This document shows, piece by piece, positions 56,032 through 64,000 of a DNA stretch of 64,000 bases. The translations under genes were made by a program, and so were the position numbers. The stretch is from an uncultured Desulfobacterales bacterium (GTDB taxonomy: Bacteria > Desulfobacterota > Desulfobacteria > Desulfobacterales > JAHEIW01): assembly GCA_947259495.1 (NCBI GenBank), contig CAMYLV010000005.1:55401-119400 (forward strand). Direction: 5' to 3'. Position 1 is the stretch's first letter; each line of letters opens with the position of its first letter. The notes beneath the pieces were generated by a model. It saw nothing but the letters and a program-made list of their open reading frames with translations. It had not been told where the DNA came from and made no database searches.

Positions 56032-56376
56032 ATGATCGACCAATATATCACAGGCAGCCACATGACGGTAAAGGGGACAACATACCGCAAGGATTTAAAA
56101 ATTATTCGCGGCGAAGTTATCGGAAACTGGTGGCGGCAGCAGGGACATCGCCTGGCTGCCGATGACATTGACGATATTTTGATCGCCAGACCGAATATTC
56201 TGGTTATCGGCACCGGTTATGCCGGAAATATGCGGGTACCGGACGCCGTTCGGCAAACCCTGGAAAACCACCAAATTAAAGTCATCGCCCAGACCACGGC
56301 CGATGGCGCCATTACGTTTAATCGCCTGGCGGCGGAGGATCAAGATGTGGCGGGGGCCTTCCATCTCACATGTTAG
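56032..56376 (+). CDS. Mth938-like domain protein
   Basis: IDQYITGSHMTV, DLKII, WWRQQGHRL, ILVIGTG, GAFHLTC. Confidence 0.88.
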   Translation: MIDQYITGSHMTVKGTTYRKDLKIIRGEVIGNWWRQQGHRLAADDIDDILIARPNILVIGTGYAGNMRVPDAVRQTLENHQIKVIAQTTADGAITFNRLAAEDQDVAGAFHLTC

Positions 56377-56546
56377 AAACTATCTCAAAAACGCGTCTAA
56401 GTGCCCATGGCTGTGCTGCGGACCGCCTCAAAATGCCCACATACTAATGTGTATGCTCCGCTTTCTCGCCGAACCGCGCTTTTTGAACTCATTAATATCT
56501 AAAAATCAAGAAGTGAAATCCCGCTTCCTGCGGGGACCATGAACCC
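56374..56546. repeat. Second RPE-like element beginning at a stop codon
   Basis: 32-nt core 56429-56460 is 25/32 identical to 53724-53755. The tail GTGAAATCCCGC..GCGGG..TGAACC resembles 53885-53917. Confidence 0.65.
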
Positions 56547-56742
56547 TTATTCACAATCCGAAATCCGTGGCCGGTTGAGCGGGTATTGAAATCCAAATCA
56601 TACCACATAGCGAATTTTTAATCCGGTGGCACACCCGGTGAAGTTTTTCCCACATTCACAGTAAGAATCTGGACATTTGGTCGACAAATGCTCAGTGAAG
56701 ATCAAAGCGAATTAAAATCCTATTATTTCCTGGAGGACCAAT

Positions 56743-57381
56743 ATGTTCAGAATAATTATAGTATCAAAGATAATTTTATTGGGGCTGATTCTGGGGATTA
56801 CACTGAGTCAGGCATTTTCACGGGTCGTGGAGGAAAAAGGCAAAACCTATATTATCGATCGGCATGGTGAACGCTGGGATGTTACCCAGGCCGTATCGAT
56901 TGGGTTTAAGCCCCACCGATTTCAACACGGAATCGGGCGCAATGCATTTACGCCGCTCGACGATTCGCAGTTTAGCGCAGAAAACAACAGAGTGCGGCGG
57001 GACGAACGCGTTATCGGTATTGCTGAAGGTGAACGTGCCAACGCCTATGCGGTATCAAAGCTCTGGCGGCACGAGGTGGCCAACAGCCATATCGGAGAAA
57101 AGCCCGTTGCCGCGGCCTACTGACCACTGGTAAATTTAGCGGCTGTGTACAGTCGCAGGATCGACGGACGCGACATTACGCTGGTGCCTTCGGGCTGGAC
57201 CTACGACAGCACCTTTGTTTTGTACGATAAGGAAACCGGATCGTTGTGGTATCCAGATAAAAACGGCCTGAGGGGCATCCAGGGGGCCTATTTTGAGAGG
57301 CAGTTGCCGATGTTGGATTTTGAAGACACCCGCTGGGGAAAATGGCAGAAGAAGCATCCCCAATCCAGGATTATGAAATAG
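56743..57381 (+). CDS. DUF3179-family protein, probable selenoprotein (Sec127)
   Basis: ORFs 56743-57123 and 57145-57381 are in the same frame. Context is VAAAY*PL where the family has YCPL; LVLYDKETGSLW downstream; hairpin after the TGA. Confidence 0.85.
57139..57156 (+). promoter_or_regulatory. Bacterial SECIS-like hairpin
   Basis: GCGGCTG-TGTA-CAGTCGC starting 15 nt after the TGA at 57121. Confidence 0.65.
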
Positions 57382-57561
57382 GAAAGCATCACATCTCCCG
57401 CCAAATCTGTTTCAATGCGTCCATTCCATATGCACGACCGGCAAACGCTCCTGAATTCCATGAACAATCGGCGCGCAGGCCCCTCGCAAAAATAGCTCAA
57501 GTTTTTGCCGCGGCGGCCGATAATTTTTGTGGAGCGGGGGACCCAAAAAAAGGAGGATGTT

Positions 57562-57792
57562 ATGGAGGCTCAGGACTTTTTGCGAGTCATCAACGAACTG
57601 GAATTCATCCTGGATGACATTGACGAAATTAGCGGACAGCTGGATTTGACCAAGGCCGAAAACAATAAGATGTTTCGGGCGATCAGCAGCATCGAAAAGT
57701 CAAAAGAAATTCTGGTTGAACTTTTTCCCAACATAAAATCACTGGAATATGATGTCCGTGAAGACCTGACAGCGGAACTCATGGAAACTTAA
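57562..57792 (+). CDS. Small acidic helical hypothetical protein (76 aa)
   Basis: AGGAGG SD before ATG 57562. Confidence 0.7.
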   Translation: MEAQDFLRVINELEFILDDIDEISGQLDLTKAENNKMFRAISSIEKSKEILVELFPNIKSLEYDVREDLTAELMET

Positions 57793-57939
57793 ATTGAGCG
57801 TTACAAATTTTGAAAAGGCAATTTTTTTTATCAAAGGAGTTCTATCATTTTTAGATTTATAAAAAGGGAAAAATGGTTTCGGCCACAAAGTATCCTAAGG
57901 GGGATAAGAGGCGCTGGCTAAAATGGCCTGCCGGTAGCG

Positions 57940-58845
57940 ATGATGAAAACACGGGTCATGCGTTTATATATTCCAGGGTATCATCTTTTTGTAGCCTCGC
58001 TAAACAAATTTGTTAAGGATGACTGTGTTACGCTGTCTTTATCGATATCCTTTGTTTTTCTGCTTTCAATCATTCCGTTCACCACCCTCAGCATTCTGAT
58101 TTTTGATTTCGTTAAAGGATTTTTCATAACCAATGCGGCCTGGGCCAACAATATTTCGGAGGTTCTGGCAGATGAAATCAACCATATCATACCCTTCGTA
58201 TCGAAAAATTGGCTTAAGTCCCATGTTATTAATCCGGATGCCTACAGGTCCTTCAAGGCTATCAATTTTTTAATGCTGCCGATCATCAGCGGTCTTTTTT
58301 TCAAATCGCTTGAAACGTCCTACCGCAAAATATTCCAGCTGCCGGCGCGTCATTTGCTTTTTGGCCAGGCATTTTATGTTATTATCAGCGTTTTCGCCGG
58401 CCTGCTTTTTTTTATGTCCAACTTCATCTGGATTATACTGTCAACGGTGGGGTCGCACATTTTAATCACGATAAACAATACACCCTATGTCAATCAGGTC
58501 TATAATCTGGCCATGCCCGTTTTGACTTCCCACCGGCTCAGTCTGCTATCCGCAGTGGTTCTGATTGTCTTTTATCTGGTTACCATCAAACTGTTTTTGA
58601 ATACGAAAATACGGTTTCGGCACCGTCTGGTGTCCGCAATTGTTTTCTGCTTGCTGTGGCTCATTGCCCGTCAACTTTTTAGCCTGTACATCAGCCATAT
58701 CACCGAATTCAGCGTTTTATATGGATCCTTGAGTTCCGTTATCCTTATTTTAATGTGGATTTTTTATTCATCACTGGCATTGCTATTTTCTGTCGAAATT
58801 CTTCACAGCATGCATTCCGGGCATTATCAATACCGGCAGTGGTAG
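57940..58845 (+). CDS. YihY/BrkB-family membrane protein
   Basis: KDDCVTLSLSISFVFLLSIIPF, YGSLSSVILILMWIFYS. Confidence 0.88.
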   Translation: MMKTRVMRLYIPGYHLFVASLNKFVKDDCVTLSLSISFVFLLSIIPFTTLSILIFDFVKGFFITNAAWANNISEVLADEINHIIPFVSKNWLKSHVINPDAYRSFKAINFLMLPIISGLFFKSLETSYRKIFQLPARHLLFGQAFYVIISVFAGLLFFMSNFIWIILSTVGSHILITINNTPYVNQVYNLAMPVLTSHRLSLLSAVVLIVFYLVTIKLFLNTKIRFRHRLVSAIVFCLLWLIARQLFSLYISHITEFSVLYGSLSSVILILMWIFYSSLALLFSVEILHSMHSGHYQYRQW

Positions 58846-58856
58846 CTGTGAAATCC

Positions 58857-58921
58857 CACGCAAAGACAAAAAAGAAAACCCTATGTATAAATCCTCACGC
58901 AAGGACGCAAAGACGCTAAGA
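58857..58921. repeat. 8-nt periodic repeat block after the yihY-family stop
   Basis: CACGCAAAGA ... CGCAAGGA CGCAAAGA CGCTAAGA. Confidence 0.6.
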
Positions 58922-59082
58922 GCCTGCTTCATTTCAATTTAAACCACATGGTTGCTTCTTGGATAATTCTGACTTTCTTATCCTTAATCACTCGAATTTA
59001 GGGAAAATATTGACATACAGGTCCGCGCAGTTTACAAGATAGACAACCGCTGTGGAACAAATCTCTGAGAGAGGACTTTTGC

Positions 59083-60450
59083 ATGACGCTACTGTTGCGT
59101 AACGCTTTTTGGGCGCTGTGCCTGTTCATTCTGGTTGGCTGTGCCTCCCACGGTATGCCGCGTTGGAGACATTTTCAAGGCGATTTACCCGGCCAGGGAT
59201 ACCTGTCGGTGGAAAGCGGGTTTGCTTTATCTTCAGCCTGGACATCCGGCCCCTATAGCATTACGAGCTCCTCTCCGGTCATTGGCATTGATGCCGAAGG
59301 CCGGGAGGTGATCTATTTCGGCACGGTGAACGGTGAACTGGTGGCCATCAATTCAGAGGATGGCAATGAACGCTGGCGTCGATCTTTTGCTGCCGAATCT
59401 AAATCGGCTGCTATTATATCAGCACCTGCGGTTTCCAGAAATGGCGACATTTACATTATTACCAATCACCGGCATGCAGACGGTCGAATCAGAAGCATTC
59501 TCCACAAGGTTGATGAATTCAGCAGGATCCGCTGGTCATATGCCATTGCGGATGACGGTTTTACTTCCGGCGCTCCTAAAATCTTGAAATGGGGCGACGA
59601 CACGCTTGTATTTGTTTATGTGACGGTCTTTGTTGACGGAGATCCCCAGGGAGCACTTCTGGCTTTGCGCGACAACGGCAAAACAGTTAAGCTGCTCGAT
59701 CGCAAAGCTCTGGGGCGCTGTCAATGGGACAGTGCCGAGTTGCAAGCTCGCAAGGAGGATGTGTTTAATTCAATTTCAGCGTTATGGGATTTGACTTCCG
59801 TATTTTCTTCTGAAATCACAGAGGGCGGAAATCAACTTCCGGATGTATTTGTCGATCCCACAGTGGCCGTATTTGCCGGCCGAAAATTACCGCTGATTGC
59901 GATCGCAGACAATCTTTGCAGCATTGGTGCCTTTGAATGGGATGAAGACTTATCTGTTGTCTGGCAGATATTTCACCCTTTCGAAAAACATTCCTCCACA
60001 GCCCTGTTGCCCAACGGCTTGATGGTTTTTGGACGGCAGAACGGCACCGTGCTGGCCCATGACGTGGAAACCGGCAAAAAATTATGGTCGCATGATGCCG
60101 GCCAACCGGTTTTTGCGACTCCGGCGGCAGCCCCCGGATCGTATCTTTTCCTTGTCGCAAAGGATCATATTGAAGTGCTGGATCAACGGGATGGTGCCCT
60201 CGTTTATGATGGGGAGTCGCCGCGACAGTCTAAATTGCCGGGCCAAACCCACGCTTCACCGGCTGTTACCGAAAATTGTGTGTATGTATCGACTATCGCC
60301 ATGCTGACCTTCAGCTACGATCTAGCGACCCGCAGCCAGGATACGAATTTTCGTGGAAACGGTCTGGCATCCACTGCCCTAAGCAATAACGGCGCGATTT
60401 ATGCCGTTGCCGCTGACGGAACCATCCACAAATACCCGGGTCCCAAATAG
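59083..60450 (+). CDS. PQQ-binding-like beta-propeller lipoprotein
   Basis: Lipobox LVGC; GELVAINSEDGNERW, GTVLAHDVETGKKLWSH, SSPVI/ASPAV repeats. Confidence 0.85.
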   Translation: MTLLLRNAFWALCLFILVGCASHGMPRWRHFQGDLPGQGYLSVESGFALSSAWTSGPYSITSSSPVIGIDAEGREVIYFGTVNGELVAINSEDGNERWRRSFAAESKSAAIISAPAVSRNGDIYIITNHRHADGRIRSILHKVDEFSRIRWSYAIADDGFTSGAPKILKWGDDTLVFVYVTVFVDGDPQGALLALRDNGKTVKLLDRKALGRCQWDSAELQARKEDVFNSISALWDLTSVFSSEITEGGNQLPDVFVDPTVAVFAGRKLPLIAIADNLCSIGAFEWDEDLSVVWQIFHPFEKHSSTALLPNGLMVFGRQNGTVLAHDVETGKKLWSHDAGQPVFATPAAAPGSYLFLVAKDHIEVLDQRDGALVYDGESPRQSKLPGQTHASPAVTENCVYVSTIAMLTFSYDLATRSQDTNFRGNGLASTALSNNGAIYAVAADGTIHKYPGPK

Positions 60451-60454
60451 GGCC

Positions 60455-60557
60455 TGTAGTGGTTGTCAAAAAAACGTTGCGGTATTCAAACGGTTTTTTC
60501 TACAACCACGTATGCCGCACTTCCGTATTTTGGAACGTTATTATGGAAAGCGGTGAA
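60455..60557 (+). repeat. Dispersed ~104-bp hairpin repeat, copy H
   Basis: TGTAGTGGTTGTCAAAAAAACGTTGCGGTATTCAAACGGTTTTTTCTACAACCACGTATGCCGCACTTCCGTATTTTGGAACGTTATTATGGAAAGCGGTGAAA; 4 bp after the stop. Confidence 0.92.
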
Positions 60558-60685
60558 AAAGGCAATCGCCTTACGCCGACAGTCTTCAACGCCTCTAAAT
60601 TTTACAAATCCATTGGTTCTGCAAATGCTTGAATGGGGATGCAGGCGGGTCGAATGCAACCCATGCCATGAATGGGGTTGCCGGT

Positions 60686-61447
60686 TCACTTTTTTTTGTT
60701 ATTTTTGGAATCCGCAGGGGCACTTTTCGGTAACTCTGTCATCAGTTCGTGCCAGTCATTTACGGTCTGCCCGTTTTTAGTTTCGTCAAAGGTATACCGT
60801 TTTTCAACATGATCGGCGGCTGCGGCAATTACCCCGGCCGCTCCGATGATCGCATAAAGTTGGATGCCCTTTTCTTTCAAGGCGCTAAGTGTTTGTGCGC
60901 CCCGCCAGCGCAATACCGGTGCATCCGGAAACGTCATCTCATCCAGCCAGTTTCGCGCCATTTTAACGCCGGTATTGCGGCTCAAATAAATAACTCGATA
61001 TTTTTTAAGTAGCTGTTTAACGGCCTGGCGGCTGGCGCCGGCTGCGATATCAGAGATATATGCATCTTTAAAGCCGCCCTCGATTTCGATCAGAACAGCT
61101 TTATCGCTCTTTTTCATCACCAGTACCAGCCCATTGCCGCTCTCGCCATCTGAGGTGGCTCGCACTTTGAAGGTGCCCGCGCGCCGGGGGACGTATTTTC
61201 GATACCCGTAACCATCTCCGCCGGTTAAATTTTTACCCAGGCTTTTATCATCCAGGTAAAATTCGACCAGGCGTCCGCCATCGGCGAAAATTTTTCCCTT
61301 GGTCAGCACTTTCAGGTAAACGGGTGTTTTGACGGTTGTCACTCGGTCATAAACGATTACGGCGCCAAGGCTGCGAGTGGTCGGCAATACTAAAAATACG
61401 CATGCCAGAAAAATAGATGGGTATTTGTTTTTTAAATAAACCTTCAT
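60686..61447 (-). CDS. Exported hypothetical protein; Ig-like domain plus a possible degenerate HAD/LNS2-like domain
   Basis: Signal peptide; TGGDGYG; VLIEIEGG at the DxDGT-like position; VIYLS; FPDAPVL. Confidence 0.65.
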   Translation of the reverse strand: MKVYLKNKYPSIFLACVFLVLPTTRSLGAVIVYDRVTTVKTPVYLKVLTKGKIFADGGRLVEFYLDDKSLGKNLTGGDGYGYRKYVPRRAGTFKVRATSDGESGNGLVLVMKKSDKAVLIEIEGGFKDAYISDIAAGASRQAVKQLLKKYRVIYLSRNTGVKMARNWLDEMTFPDAPVLRWRGAQTLSALKEKGIQLYAIIGAAGVIAAAADHVEKRYTFDETKNGQTVNDWHELMTELPKSAPADSKNNKKK

Positions 61448-61664
61448 TTTCGTTATCTTGACACTATCAACTCGTTTTCTTAGAATACATCTAAGATCTT
61501 TCGGTTGCGCCGGTCGCCGTTATCGCCTTGTCCGGTTGCCCATAAAAAATATAATGCAACATTTTTCCGATTTCAACGGGCGCAATCCGCCCGTGGCGGA
61601 CAAACCCAAAGCCGTGATCACTTGAATTTAATGTGGCTTCGAATACATCAACTTTGCTTTTATC

Positions 61665-62588
61665 ATGACCGACTGGGCCGAGCCAAGCGATTTTAAAGAA
61701 TGGGGCAAAAGAATGTTTGCCCTGCGCCCCCTTTTGATCTTCATCCTGATCAGCGCCATTTTTATATTGGAGCTTCGATTTGACTGGATGGAACGGTTTT
61801 TAGGGTCGTATCTGGTGACCACCAATTCAGCGCGTCCCGAATCCGGCTCCATCTGGGAAAAAAGCCATCAAACCCGAACCGCCCAGCAAACCTTAGAGAA
61901 AATTCTCACCGACCGCCAGGCATTACAGCGTGAAGCCCGCAGTGCAGCTACTTTTACACAAATTGCCGCCAAGGTTAGTTCCGAAAATGGAGTCATGCTG
62001 TCAGCCGATCATTTCCGCCAACTCTATATGAGCCTGGCGCCCACGATTGCCCGGGATATTATATCGCCACTTGATCTGCTGGAACTAGTCAGTACGGGGC
62101 GCTGGCATCGGACGTACTTTGAGAAATCCGGTAGCGGTTTAATCCTCTATTTGCTGGATGCCGACAATCGCGTACTGCGGCAGCTTGAACTGAGATCGAG
62201 CCTGTTGTCCCAGTTAGAAAGCGGCGAAGTGACTCTGGCGGGATCTCTGGATGAGTTGCCAAATTTTAAAAACCGTATTTATACGGCCGATCAATTTTTT
62301 CAATCTCTAAAATCCTTTCATGAAGAAGCGCGTCGCAGCATGGTTCCGCATCCGGATTTGCTGCTGGCGGCACCCGGTCAAATCGTGCGCGTCGGTATCT
62401 CGGATGAAACTCAGTCCGGTTTCATCGAACTGGGTTTTGAATTTATTGTGGGCAACCAGCGCCGCGTTTTGGTCGTACAGGGCCAGGAGTGGGCAGTCTG
62501 GCGCCTGCGCGCGCATCTGGAGGGCCTGGAGAGGGAAAATGCCGCTGGCTCAACCGAAAATCGCAAAGAGGATTGGACACGTCAATGA
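61665..62588 (+). CDS. Single-pass membrane hypothetical protein
   Basis: TM LLIFILISAIFIL; 307 aa; ATGA overlap with the PBP gene. Confidence 0.78.
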   Translation: MTDWAEPSDFKEWGKRMFALRPLLIFILISAIFILELRFDWMERFLGSYLVTTNSARPESGSIWEKSHQTRTAQQTLEKILTDRQALQREARSAATFTQIAAKVSSENGVMLSADHFRQLYMSLAPTIARDIISPLDLLELVSTGRWHRTYFEKSGSGLILYLLDADNRVLRQLELRSSLLSQLESGEVTLAGSLDELPNFKNRIYTADQFFQSLKSFHEEARRSMVPHPDLLLAAPGQIVRVGISDETQSGFIELGFEFIVGNQRRVLVVQGQEWAVWRLRAHLEGLERENAAGSTENRKEDWTRQ

Positions 62589-64000
62589 GCCTGTTTGCCG
62601 TATTTGTGCGCCGATTCAACATTTTTTTTTATCTGGCGATAACCCTGGCGGGCCTGGGAGCCTTACTGACGGCCGGGCTGTTTTTCATTGCGCTGCGCGA
62701 CTTGCCCCAGGTGCCGGATCCCCTGGGACGCATCATCGAAACACCGCCGACTGAAATATTTGCGGCCACCGGCGAAAGACTGATGCTCATCGGCGGCCGG
62801 GAAGTGGTTCCCCTTAATCGCATTTCTCCTGATTTTATCGAGGCGGTGCTTGCCACCGAAGACCATCGTTTCTGGGAGCATCATGGCCTTGATAAACTGC
62901 GCACCCTGAAAGCGATGTGGATAACCCTTTTTGAGCGCGGAAAAATCCAGGGGGCGTCAACCATTACCCAGCAGCTTGCTAAAAACCTGTTTTTCAGTTA
63001 CCGGCGCGCCTATATGCGCAAGTTCCGTGAACTGCTGGTGGCCCTGCAAATCGAAACGCAATACAGCAAGCGAGAAATTTTAGAAGCCTATTTGAATCAA
63101 ATTCCCTTTGGAATCGGGGCTTATGGAATTGAACAGGCCGCGCGGTCCTTTTTCGGTAAACCGGCCCTGGAACTCAATCTGGCCGAATCGGCTTTGCTGG
63201 CCGGCCTGCCCAAGTCGCCGACCCGCTATAACCCTTACCGCCATTTTGCGCGAGCCCAAAAAAGACAGCAGCTGGTGCTGGCACGCATGCTGGCTGTCGG
63301 TTATATCAACGCCGAGCAAGCAGAAGCGGCTTCGCAGGCCAACCTGCAGTTTGCACCGCTTGCGGCCGGCACACCCAGGGGCAGCTATTTTCTCGATCTG
63401 GTCTTAAACGATCTTGAGGAACGGTATGGCCCTGAAGTGGTTTATCACGGCGGGCTAAAAGTCAGCACGACCCTGGATCCCCAGCAGCAAGCCTGGGCAA
63501 TCCAATCGTTACAAAGCGGATTGCTAAAGCTCGATCACCTGTCGGGGATTAGCGACACAGACGAATTCGACGCGCCTAATTCTCAGTCGCACCCGCAGGG
63601 CGCACTGGTGGCGCTTGAATGTAACTCCGGTGCCGTCAAAGCCCTGGTAGGCGGACGGGATTATTCGGAAACAGAGTTCAACCGTGCTGTTGAAAACAAC
63701 CGTCTGCCCGGCTCCGGTTTTAAGCCTTTTCTGTATTATGCGGCCTTTGAAAAGCTGAAATTGTCGCCGACCAGCGTCTTTGTGGACAAGCCGATTACTA
63801 TCCCGGTCGCCGGTGCCGCTGACTGGAGACCGCAGAATTTCGGGCGTGAATATGAGGGCCCCATGATTTTGAAGCACGCCCTCATGAAGAGTGTCAATGC
63901 CATCGCGGCTCAGTTAGTTGAGCGCGTCGGGCCCGATGCGGTGATCGATGTGGCCCGCCGCTGCGGAATTACAAGTCCGCTGGCACCCGTCTATTCTCTG
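62585..64000 (+). CDS. mrcA: Class A penicillin-binding protein (PBP1A family), partial
   Basis: Translated by hand: TM anchor, EDHRF, GASTITQQLAKN, LEAYLNQI, SGFK (SxxK), KSVN (SxN); runs off the window. Confidence 0.92.
   Translation, partial: MSLFAVFVRRFNIFFYLAITLAGLGALLTAGLFFIALRDLPQVPDPLGRIIETPPTEIFAATGERLMLIGGREVVPLNRISPDFIEAVLATEDHRFWEHHGLDKLRTLKAMWITLFERGKIQGASTITQQLAKNLFFSYRRAYMRKFRELLVALQIETQYSKREILEAYLNQIPFGIGAYGIEQAARSFFGKPALELNLAESALLAGLPKSPTRYNPYRHFARAQKRQQLVLARMLAVGYINAEQAEAASQANLQFAPLAAGTPRGSYFLDLVLNDLEERYGPEVVYHGGLKVSTTLDPQQQAWAIQSLQSGLLKLDHLSGISDTDEFDAPNSQSHPQGALVALECNSGAVKALVGGRDYSETEFNRAVENNRLPGSGFKPFLYYAAFEKLKLSPTSVFVDKPITIPVAGAADWRPQNFGREYEGPMILKHALMKSVNAIAAQLVERVGPDAVIDVARRCGITSPLAPVYSL

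Overview
Chromosomal window of a moderately GC-rich bacterium. The gene content suggests Desulfobacterota (Desulfobacterales-like); this is inference. It holds about 60 CDS, no rRNA, no CRISPR array and no autonomous IS or prophage. The main modules are an MCE/Mla-Pqi-type lipid ABC operon (5.6-10.5 kb), an AT-rich accessory patch (about 17.4-23.5 kb), a sigma54-controlled sulfur-redox operon (25.4-31.7 kb), a TetR-RND efflux operon (37.0-41.9 kb), murB and PBP1A. The sulfur operon encodes a cytochrome-c-like protein lacking CXXCH, a triple-rhodanese lipoprotein, an octaheme cytochrome c and a cytochrome b. Several signals are not visible in the ORF track. (1) Two genes are split at in-frame TGA codons, each followed by a SECIS-like hairpin 15 nt downstream, which points to selenoproteins (rhodanese 28043-29203; DUF3179 56743-57381). 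(2) A dispersed ~104-bp hairpin repeat has 8 copies, one carrying a nested 126-bp multi-hairpin insertion with IS200/IS605-like ends. (3) A second, RPE-like palindromic family begins at stop codons. (4) Many intergenic blocks show 7-9-nt periodic repeats. (5) A shrunken tRNA-Gly-like element lies inside a ~450-nt structured non-coding region (42.03-42.48 kb). (6) A secreted protein has 21 D-R-R-E-D-x-x heptads. (7) One protein pairs a PLC-like domain with a zincin domain. All product calls come from motifs read by eye; no database search was run.
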